A DNA stretch of 42,538 nucleotides from Rozella allomycis CSF55 (Eukaryota), in the NCBI GenBank assembly GCA_000442015.1, contig KE561122.1, positions 1 through 42,538 on the forward strand, read 5' to 3'. Every line of letters begins with the position of its first letter. The first letter of the stretch is position 1. This document shows positions 20,317 through 31,100 of this stretch, piece after piece. The notes beneath the pieces were generated by a model. The model was given only the letters and a program-made list of their open reading frames with translations, was not told the origin of the DNA and did no database searches. Position numbers and translations under genes: made by a program.

Positions 20317-22638
20317 TTATTGACCAAAAACGACAGCCTTTAAGATTTTTCTAATTCCTAGCAATACTTTGGGCCGCTTTTTATAATCATAGAAGCAATT
20401 TACTGTTCCATCGATAGACAAATCATCTGTACGAATATTAGATATGACATCACTATGATGTGCAGTGAAGAAGCTCTTGAGTTCACCAATATCTAAATTT
20501 TCAGTGGATGCAAAGTTTAAACACTTTTTGCTTTCTTTAATGTCTAATTGAACTAAAAGTTTAGTTATAAAATCTAATTTCTTATTTAGTTCTGCTCTAT
20601 ATTTCTCTAGTCCGTGATCAAAAGATTTATTTAAAGCCAACGCCTTATTAGAGACATAAACTCTCACTACTTCAATTAATTTATGTATTTGGTTAAATGT
20701 GTCTACAACGTAACCTTCTTGTTTGGCTTATAAATGAAAAATCACAATAACTACCTTGTTGAGTGTAAGGATAAGCCAGAATGGCATCACATAGTAAATC
20801 TTTTAAAATAACTTTCTTTACAAGAGCATCACCTAAATTTGCTTTGAAAGAATTCGCGACTTCAGAAGTAATTTTCAGTGCGTCAAGAATATTACTTTGA
20901 ACAAAAAGTCGCGTAATGGATTACCTGCATATTAACACTGTATTGGTTCCAATTGAGTCTAAAATATTGGATGTGTAGATTATAAGAGATGATGGCTTAA
21001 CTTGAATATCGCCTATAAAATTGTCCTTTTTTAAACAAACTACCCTGTTTATAGATTGTTTCAAAGATTGGATGAATAATTGATTTTAGAAATATTTGAA
21101 GGCAGTTGTCTGACAAGTATTTAAATAAAGTGATAGTAAGGCTTTTGCTGCTCAGAATATTCCTCCATGAAAGTTCTTTATAGGTTCTTAATTGAACTTA
21201 CCCAATTCAAATGATAAAATTTCCATTAAGAGATCGTTCAATTTTGAATATGAAAGAAATACTTTCATGATATTTTGGATGACTAACTGTCGGTTTGAAA
21301 ATGGCACCTTTGTCAGGGTCAAAAATACAGGTTTTAGTATTGAAGGCCTTGAATTTATAAAAATCTTTTCTTGCATTGAAAGAAAAGTTACATTTATAAT
21401 GAAGGTATCTTCTATCGACTCTTTTGGCCAGCTAGATAACAGAAATTTAGTCTTTTCAATTGAGAATGTCAAAGATACCGATTCTTTGTCTTTTATTCGT
21501 TTCACAGCTGGAAAGAGGCAATAATAAAGTAATTGTGAAAGATCATCGATGAATTCCAAGTTTTGTTTGCCTATTGCTTTCACAATATTAAAGGTTTGGT
21601 TCCAAACCTCATTTATTGAAAATTCCATTAAATTTTACCACATTTTTCATTATTCATGAACAGCTTCATTTCTTCGTATGTCCATGCCAACTTCCCCTCT
21701 TCCAAACGAAATAATTGATTGGAATCGAAAATCGCTAGCAATTTAACAACAGAAAAGTACTCAAAGAGAATTTCAGCAAAATTCCAATCTTTTATATAAT
21801 TTTCACCTTCTATTATTATTCTATTGACCTTTTCAATGGAAATACAGTTGAATTCATGCATTGCAAGCTTTGGTAAAGTTATCTTTTGAATGTGTTGATC
21901 ATTTTTGATAATAAATTTGTATATTATTCTAACTAAGGTATTTTTTTGGTCATTCGTCAAATTCATGTTTTTTAAAACACTGACATTCTCGTCCAGATTC
22001 ATTATAAGCCTCTTTACACTTTCAGACATCTCCATTGATATATTAACATAATACAACTTTTGTGATCCGTTAGTTATGTCGGGGTCTTTGTTTCCTACCA
22101 CTTCATTTCCTTCAAGGCTACAATTTGATAAACACAAAATGTTGTCAATGTCATTTTCTTCATTCCTATACGGTGAAGCCTTATTTTATTTATTCTTGTG
22201 AAGAAATTACGGGATATTCAAATGTATGCGGCTTTATGAAACTGTTATTCTCTACTGTTTGTCTCATGTTCTCTCTTGTAATAATTTCCTCTTGCATGAT
22301 TTCTAAATTTTTAGTTAATAAAGATGGTGATGGGATTCGATACACGGGCTTAATATCATTGTAATGGACTTCTTTTTGGACTTCGCTTTCTATCATATCA
22401 AAATTCAATAACACTATGGCGTCCCTTTCTTGTTCTAAATGGTCTTTATTTGACACCGCTAATTTATTTTTATTCGGAATGATATTGACGCGCTCTTTAG
22501 GTTTACTGTCAACATCAACAGGAATATTCTCGTGCAACTGAGCATGCCTATCCCATACCAAACAGATCATTACAATTTTGATAAATCATGATATGTTTTG
22601 AGTCTTGATTTATCCCATGCAGCTTTATCCAAACTCAT
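20317..22638 (-). CDS. Multi-exon protein with a degenerate NF1-type RasGAP domain (pseudo-GAP), about 7 introns
   Basis: Micro-introns join ORFs 22190-22570, 21628-22137, 21188-21628, three short exons and 20317-20667. 'VPFSNRQLVIQNIMKVFLSYSKLNDLLMEILSFELELSWRNILSSKSLT…FLKSIIHPIF' aligns by eye with the neurofibromin GAP-related domain. The junction at about 21610-21638 is uncertain. Confidence 0.55.
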
Positions 22639-22723
22639 TGTTTGTTTACATTTCAATTTTGGTAAAAATGATGTTTATTTTGGCTGCGCCCACATATACC
22701 AAACCTCACAACATCAGATTTTC

Positions 22724-23110
22724 ATGACATCTCTTGAACCAATAGAAACGAAAACATTTACAGAGAGCGAAAATGCTTCATTTGAAGAAATTAAGCAAAG
22801 CTCCTCGACACTTTCAAGATATCCTACCCCCGCAGTTGGGCTAACTCAAACATTGAGAGCTTTAAATGAAAGAAGAATTTCATCCAAAATATCAAGCTTA
22901 ACATTTTGCCATTTCTGTGAGTGCTTTGTTCAATCAGTGGTTAGAAAAACCCTTAGTGGAGCCAATTGGCTACTCTCTGCGGTTCTTGCTCCTCTATGCA
23001 TGTGTTGTTTTGGATTCAGAATTAAAAAATTAAAGAAAATTGAACATTTTTGCCCTACATGTGGAGTACGACTAGGTGTTTATTCAAAAAAGAAATCAAA
23101 GTTAGCTTGA
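22724..23110 (+). CDS. LITAF-domain protein (intronless)
   Basis: CHFC…hydrophobic segment…'HFCPTCGVRLG' zinc-ribbon pattern. Confidence 0.88.
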   Translation: MTSLEPIETKTFTESENASFEEIKQSSSTLSRYPTPAVGLTQTLRALNERRISSKISSLTFCHFCECFVQSVVRKTLSGANWLLSAVLAPLCMCCFGFRIKKLKKIEHFCPTCGVRLGVYSKKKSKLA

Positions 23111-23387
23111 TCTGATGATCTCCAAAAATACACCAAGAGTTACATACATTAATATCAGACACATTAATAAAAAACATTCCAAAACCCTTAGATATGATGA
23201 TTATTTGCTCTCGAGTTTAGAACGTTTTGTATTTAGTATTTCACCCTACTGGCTGCTTCAAATTTCATTAGCTTGTTTTAAAATGTAATAAAATATCATT
23301 AAGTTAGCATGACATATAATTGATGTTCTTTTCAAGTAGATTGAATTTTGGTTTGAAATTCACGAAATCGATTTTCTACGAATTTAA

Positions 23388-24615
23388 ATGGCTGCAGAAC
23401 TTCCACCTTTGTCTAGAGAGCAACATGAAAGACTTGCACGAGCCAAAAAGTTTGCTGCCGAACAAAACCCTTATGTAAAAATTAAGTTGAAAATAGAGCA
23501 TAGATTCTTCGGCAAAAAGTTGAGCGAACATCACACGCGCATCAAACAATGATGCAGCATCAAATATCAATTTTGAGCAGAGTATATATTGGTAATATAA
23601 TGCTTGATACACCAGAGCATCTTATAAAAGAAAAGTTCGAGTCTTTCGGTAATAGTCTCTGGTGACATAAAGTAGGTTATGTTAGAGCAGTTTCGACAGG
23701 AATAGATACTACTTCGACTATGAAGAATAAGGGATATGCATTTGTTGAATTTGAAGCTGCCGAGGGTGCGTACCTGGCATGTGAAATGACAAATGGAACA
23801 GATTTTATGGGTCGACCTATCAAGGTAGGAAGGCCGAACAATTTCCCATTAGATCTTCCCAAAGGTATTCATCGACCTTATACTTTTTAAGGTGTTCCTA
23901 AACCTTCCCCTACCAGAGTATACATTGCCAATGTTCACGACATGATAACTGAAGATGACATTTATGCTATTTTCGAACCACTTGGAACTATTAAAAAGCA
24001 TGTCCTCGCCGCAAATATTAATACAAAAAAGCACAAAACTTATGGTTTTGTTGATTTTGTCAAGGAATCTTCTGCAAAAGCAGCTATCAATCATTTGAAT
24101 GGATCCATTTTGGCTGGAAAGCCTCTTAGAGTTTATAAAAATATGGTAGGCACTGAATTACCTCCTGGAATGTCGACATTACCAAAGGAAGTCAAAGAAG
24201 TTCAAAGGGTTTATATTCCGCGAGGAGTTTTGCGAGCTGCACAATCCCTAGCAAAAAATATTGATCAAGATGCTGATGCTAGCGGAAACGTAAAACCCAG
24301 GATAGTCATGCTTGAGAATATGATTACCGAAGAGCCGGACCGTGAATTGGAAGAGGAAATTAAACTAGAATGCAAGAAATTTGGAAGTCTAGAAAATGTA
24401 AAATTCAGTAAATTTAAAACATCTTATCGCATATTCCTGGAATATGTTGATCATGAAAGTATAGTTTTCATCTTTCTAACAAAGGTGCGAAGAAAGCTCA
24501 AGAGGCATTGAATGGCAGATTCTTTGGAGGACAACAAATAGTTGCATCATTTTACTCACTGAAAGCATACAAGGAAGATTACTTAGAAGGTGAAAGTCTT
24601 GAAAACCCTCAATGA
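23388..24615 (+). CDS. PUF60: Poly(U)-binding splicing factor PUF60-like (2 RRM + UHM), 4 introns
   Basis: Motifs 'LARAKKFAAEQ', 'LSRVYIG', 'KGYAFVEFE…GRPIKVGRPNNFP', 'RVYIANVH' and UHM 'LENMI…ECKKFG…LNGRFFGGQQI'. Confidence 0.9.
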
Positions 24616-24637
24616 ATAAAATTTCAACTTAGTAATA

Positions 24638-25078
24638 ATGTACGACCCCGGTTATTCGATAGTTTATGAAAAATCCAGATTTAGCTTCAGCACCTCCTCC
24701 TCCATACCAAATATATCCTGAAGCATCTATCCCTCCGGGTCCTATGCAAGCAGTACCAATCCCAATTCCTCAATTACACTTTGATGAATTTCCCCCAGGA
24801 CCAATTCAAGTATTATACGCTTAAATAAATTCTATAGGTGGTCTGCCCCTATTGTTATGCAACAGTGATGACCGAAATTGAACATCAATCGGGAACTTGT
24901 ACGTACTTTTGGTGTATAGGACTGGTAATGATATATATCTGAATATCAAAAGTGGGTTGTCACCGCTATTTGTTGTTGCATTCCCTTTTTACTGAACTCC
25001 TGCAAGGATAGAGCACACAAATGCCCCAACTGTCACAAGGTTCTAGGGATGTATTATCGACAAAGAGATTGTTGCTGA
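24638..25078 (+). CDS. LITAF: LITAF-domain protein with PPxY motif, 3 introns (missed by ORF track)
   Basis: Spliced MYDPDLASAPPPPYQ…PIQ|VVCPYC…GTCTYFWC…CCCIPFLLNSCKDRAHKCPNCHKVLG…RDCC*. Confidence 0.9.
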
Positions 25079-25145
25079 ATGTAAAATAAACTCAATTGAC
25101 TGTTAAACAATATTTTGAATTTTTCATGAGTGGCAAAGTCGGAGG

Positions 25146-26706
25146 ATGAAGATTCTAAAATCCCTCGACGGAGATACCACTTTTTTATTACCCAACACAT
25201 CTGTTACTGTAGGGAGAAAAGGTAATAAATGCTTTGTTTAAGGTTACAGAGGATTGTCATATTGTTTTACGCAATGACCCGTCCATCTCTAGACTTCACT
25301 GTACTATTTCAATGGTTGAAGGAGGAATAATTTTAAAAGATCATTCCACATATGGAATAGCTCTAAATGGAATGAAGACTAAAGAAGGGATGTTAAAATA
25401 TAATGAGATTGTACAATTTGGAGTTTACGAAAACAAATTCAAACTTGAAGAAATAAATGTCACCATTTGTCTAAGTGGGATGAAGTCTGAAGAAAAAAAG
25501 CGGACCATTAACATGTGCAACCAAATAGGAATTAACATCAGTGATGAAATTGATAAGAATACAAAATATTTAATAATGAATGAAGTGAAAATCACAGAAA
25601 AGTTGATCCTGGCATTGATTAATTCTTGTGTTGTGACCAATTCATCATTCATTGAGAAAATCCATTCAAACGGATTAGATGAACAAGGGAAAATAAAGAG
25701 TGACTTTTGTTTTCCAGATGCCAACAAGTATAGATATTTGTGTTAATTTAGTAGCTTTAAACCAGTAATACCTGGTAACGTTACCTTTGATTTGTCGCCG
25801 TCGCCTGAGCGAAGGACTTTATTCCAAGGATGCAAATTTGTCATTTCAGATGCAAGTCAAGTAAATTATCGAGTCATTATTAATAAGATGCAAAGATTAA
25901 AGAGAATAATTGAAGCTGCTAGTGGGCAAGCACTTTCAAAGTCCACTTCTGACTATCAAGAGATTTTCATTAAACCGCCAATGAAAAAGAATGTCCACGC
26001 TAATGAAAACTGCATTGAAGAAGAAGATATTTCATTAGCAATAATTAGAAAATCATTCAGCAAATTAAAAAGATGCAATACAATGCCAATAAATAAACCC
26101 GCCCCAACTTCAATCAAGAGGCTGAAAACTATGCCTGTTATTAGCCCGATTTCTAAAGACAACGATTTTAAAAAACCCAGAGACATCGTAGCTAACTTGG
26201 AAGAGCCTAAGCAAAATTATAACGAATCACAAAAAGAGTTAGTTAAACCCATCAATAAAAAGAATGAGACGATTAAAAAGAATGAGTTTGTCCTTCTTGA
26301 GTCCAATGATATAATTGAAATAGAGGCTCCAAGCAGCCTAGGATATCTGTCACACTTTAACAAAAAACCAGAATCACCTAAAAGAAAACCAAAGCTGAAA
26401 GTAGAGTTTGATCAAGATTCAATGGAGATTGAAAATAAAGATATCTCACCATTGGATAATCAATTGAAACAATTGGACAATCAAATGACAAACGTAGCAC
26501 AAGTTGAATCAATCCCAGTCACCCCTGCTCCAATTACAGATCAAATAACGCCAGAAAGGCATACCATTTCCAAAAAGTAATTTGCATAACTTTGAATGTT
26601 TAGAAAAGTTTACCAAGACACTCACAATGTTATTTATAAGAGCCTTGTAATTACTCCATACAACCCCAACCTATTAAATTCCAAGAAATTCAATAAAGTA
26701 TATTAG
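25146..26706 (+). CDS. NBS1: Nibrin/Nbs1 (FHA + BRCT), 4 introns
   Basis: FHA 'VGRK..CHIVLRNDPSISRLH…LKDHSTYG'; BRCT 'VKITEKLILALI'; 'PSPERRTLFQG'; terminal 'VIYKSLV…NSKKFNK' Mre11-binding-like region. Confidence 0.88.
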
Positions 26707-26767
26707 AGCATTAAAATCGTTAAAATGTTAAATATATTATATATCATATATTTTTATTGAAATGAAT

Positions 26768-28006
26768 TTATTTTTTAACAATTTGAACAACATCTTCATC
26801 GTGCAGACAATGATCCAATCCTACTTTCTGTGGATTATGTTTAACTGATGATCCCCAAACCAATGCACTAATTTTATTATTAAACCATTTTGTACTATTT
26901 AAACTCCTTGATCAATGAGCGATGAATTGCATCACAAAAATCTTTAACCGTTCCAGCAGAAGACTTTAAAACAACTGGCGCGCTATAATCTGGAACTTGA
27001 CCTTTGGGCTTTGTATAACTATTTTTATTCAAAGCTATTGATTACATTCTTAAAAGACTCAAATATTGCCATGCCTTTTCTAACAATTCATCAAAGTTCC
27101 ATTCATGGTTGGCAGAAATTGGAACACAATGAGGAATCTTGTATAGAATATCTAATTCCTGAATAGAAATTGAATCAATCTTGTTTAAAACATAAACGCA
27201 AGGAATGTAGACTCTATTTCCTTCAATAACATCAATAAGATCGTCTTCCGTAGCATCGCAACGAATTTGAACATCAGCACTAGAAATACGATATTCAGAT
27301 AGAATCGCTTTCACAGTGTCTAAATCCAAGTGGGTCAAAGGAACAGTGCTTGTCATATTAATACCTCCCTTGTCCTTTCTACGAAAAACGATATTTGGAG
27401 GCTCTTTATTCAATCTTATTCCGAATCCTTCCAATTCTTTTTCAATAATTCTTTTATGTTGTAGCGATTTCAAAACATCAAGAACAATAAAAATTAATGA
27501 ACATGTTCTCGCAACGGCAATAACTTGTTTACCACGACCTTTACCGTCTTTGGCTCCTTCAATAATCCCTGGCAAATCAAGAATCTTATTCATAATTTGA
27601 AAGTCTCCATACTTGAATTTGAGCACCACGATATTGAATAACACCTGGTACGGTTGTTAAAGTGGTAAATTCATACGCAGCAACTTCTGAAAATGTGCCG
27701 GTAAGTTTGCTCATCAAAGTACTTTTTCCAACTAGATCTCACGACTATTTAACTAGGTACCAGATGGAAATCCTATAAATCCTACTCTAGCGATACCAGT
27801 TTTCGCAACATCAAAACCTTCACCAGTGGCACCGCCTCCTCCTTTTGGTGTTAATAATTCTCTTCGAAGTTTGGCCAGTTTTGCTTTAAGTTGACCAAGA
27901 TGGTAAGAAGTGGCCTTATTTTTTTGAGTACGAGCCATCTACATTTTTAAAATCGTGATTTAAATACTTCATTTTCAATTTCTTTGATTTTTTCAATTAC
28001 CGACAT
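26768..28006 (-). CDS. DRG1: Developmentally regulated GTP-binding protein 1 (Rbg1), 5 introns
   Basis: Motifs '[29 protein letters not shown]', 'GFPSVGKST', '[17 protein letters not shown]' and a TGS C-terminus ending '[10 protein letters not shown]'. Confidence 0.97.
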
Positions 28007-28137
28007 TTTTAAACAAAAAGTAAAAGTTGGACCCTTGTTTTAGAAAAATCCAAGATGCCACTTGACAAGAGTTTAAAGTAAATGACAAAATGGTTGAGAA
28101 TACTTTTTAAACAATGGTAAGGAATATGTTTTATTGA

Positions 28138-31100
28138 TTATTGACAAATGAAATGGGTTCTTCTTTTGATCCAATGCTTCACAGGAACATCAGAATTAAC
28201 AAGAAAAAAGATACCAACGAGATCCTTTTTAAAAGCAAGACTTGAAAGAAATTCATATCCAAATCCAAAATCGAATTGATGATATTCTTGATACCCAATA
28301 CCAATTGAAGGTTGATCGAGAGAAGACCAGAAAAGGGGACATTTAAATTTCGTGTGAATTCTTTTTGATAGATTCTGATTCTGATTTGTTAATTTCACTT
28401 TTTGGGTGGAAAACTTTTGTGGATTTACAACTGGTTGAATCCAAATCTATTTAATTAATAAAAGTTGGTTACGCAAGGAATTTTGCAATTGAATTCATTT
28501 GATTTGGCGTCTCTCATGTTGCCTCTGCCGAAATCCCAAACAGCGTTTCTTAATGATAAACCACAAATGTAGTATCCTTTGGTGGCTATTGTATTTTGTT
28601 TGGTGGATAAAATATTCGCTTCGAATTCCAGTAACTCCATAGGCTCTTTAGATTGCGTTGAATGATCTTTTAAGAATGCTATTTAAACATAGTGTAGTAA
28701 ATTACCTGCCAAGAGAGGCTCAGGGTGAATCATTTTAGAAAAATCGTGAACAATTGGCCATTCGAAGCCCTGGTGTTTTTGATTGTACCATTCATTAACG
28801 TATTCTAATCTACTGACGAAATTAGCAATCCAAGATGAAAAAGAAAACCAAATATTGCTAGCGAATGGAAAATCACTTTTTAGGAAATTTGGGAAATTGT
28901 CAGAATTAACAGAGTCAACAAATTGATTGATTTTATTTGAAAAGGGAGTGAAAGATCTGATTGATTGTAAAGTTTGTTCTATAATTTCTATTAGTAATTT
29001 TAAGCAAGAGTGATATTTAGTGTAATTGGAATAAATGATAGAATCCGTGCTAGAAGAGATTGTAAATTCAACATTCTTTTGAATGATGCAAGCGCTCAAC
29101 TTTGCAAGCCATTCTTGTAAAATTGGAACGACTTTTTGAACTTTTGATTCAAATAGAATATTAAAGTTTGTTTTTTGAACTGGCAGGATAATTGATAGTA
29201 AATGTAAATATTTAGAAGAGTTTAGAGCATCTAGAGCAGATGAAGCGACTTCTTGTAATCCAATTAAATTTGGAGAGAGTTTTTCAGGTAATTTTTCTAG
29301 AGCGATTTTGATTGTTGAATAATCTTGAGCAGAAATTAGAGAATGATAAAATTCAATTAGAGGATTGAAAGAGATTAAATCGTCTGAAGAATCTTTTTCA
29401 TCCCATTCAGAGGAAATGATTTCAGAGATGAACATTTGAAGAATTTTGAAATCTGATTGTTCAACAATTTTGGAAAAGACAACTTGAAAGATTGGAGAGA
29501 GAGAATCTCTTACTAATTTTATTGCTTGACCTTTTTGATATTTAGATTGTTGGCTGTTGATTGAATCATTTGATGAATTTAAAGCTTCTTCTTCAAAATC
29601 AATTTCTTTTGAATAAAGTTGAATTATTTCTCTTATTCTTTGAATCATTAAAATTAAATCATTCAAAGTAAAGTTATAATCTCTACTAAATCCATAAAAC
29701 TTGAATTGATTTCTTTCAATTAACACAACTAGAAGCAGAAATGATTGAACTAGAATCTAAATAAACAAAAACTAGTTACTTTACCTTTTTCATTACAAAT
29801 TTATTTTGTGAAATTGCATTAGTTAAATGAGAATGAATAAATTCATATAAAAATGAAACTTTTTGTTTAAAACTCAAATGAGAAATTTCCAAAATAGTGA
29901 AATTGCATTTTTCAAATATTTCAACAGAAAAATTAACACTTGCTTTATAATCACAAGACATTAATAACTTAAAATTTGATTTTACTTTTAATGAATCAAC
30001 AATTGCTAAAACTTTATTAATCAAGTCAATGGATTCATGAATATCTTGAAGATACAACCATTTCCCTTTCTCAATGCAATCCATTAATGTTTCATTTAAA
30101 GATTTAAATTCAGTAAATTTAGAAATTAAAACAGATTGAACAATATTCCCCTTTTCATTCTTTTCAGCAATTATTTTCAACGTTTGATAAACATCAATGT
30201 CATTTCTAGTAATAAATAGAAATTGATTTGTTGATGAAATATTTTCATAAATTTTATCAACAAGAGAAAATGATGAATTTTTATTAATGTCACAATTAAT
30301 TCCCTTCAATTCATCCCCTAGTGGAAATTCATTGATAATACTGAAAATTGCCTTTTTGAAACATTCAGGTTTAATTATTCTCAAAACAATCAATTTTTCC
30401 AATTTATTTAAATTTTGATTCGACTTGCCTGGAAAGATACAATTCTCTGAATCCTTGTTACATTGTAATTCTTCCCAACTAGTTTCTTCAATTGGAGTTG
30501 TAGCCTTGTTGGCGTATTTGCTAAACTCTGCAACCAATTTACTAAATTTCTGTAGTTGGCCAAGATGACAAATAGATTCCCATGATTTCTTATCAAGCCA
30601 TGATGCAGCTGGATTCGGTGGTATTTCATTACAAATTACTTCTTTGCATTTTCCATATAACAGAAATTCCCAGTATTCAGATGGAATATTTTCATTTGAA
30701 GATTTAATAGAAATATAAAACATCAAAAGATTAAAAATGGAATATTCAAGCTTAGAATTCAAATCTTTTAATATAAATAAACTAAACTGTTTAAACCAAT
30801 TAGCATCAACTTCATTTGTGAAATTTCTGAAATATTCCAGAAAATTATTTAGATTGAATTTATAGCAAGAATGAATATTTTGTAATTTATTTAATAGTAA
30901 ATAGAATTCAGCAGCAGATTGAAAAATATTTCTCTTCTTTTCAGATCCAGAGAGTTTAAAGAATTCTTTCTTCATGCTTGTTAATTGAATGACTTTTTTG
31001 CGATAATTTTCTTCATAGTGAGCTAAATTGTAAGAAGTTTCAGTGAATTGAGATTTGTCAACATCGCATAGACCAACTTGTCTTAATCTTTCTTCGCGCT

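Noticed and set aside
23111-23387. Possible C/D-box snoRNA in this unusually long intergenic region (ATGATGA near 23193)
   Set aside because: No downstream CTGA D box or terminal stem found at a suitable distance.
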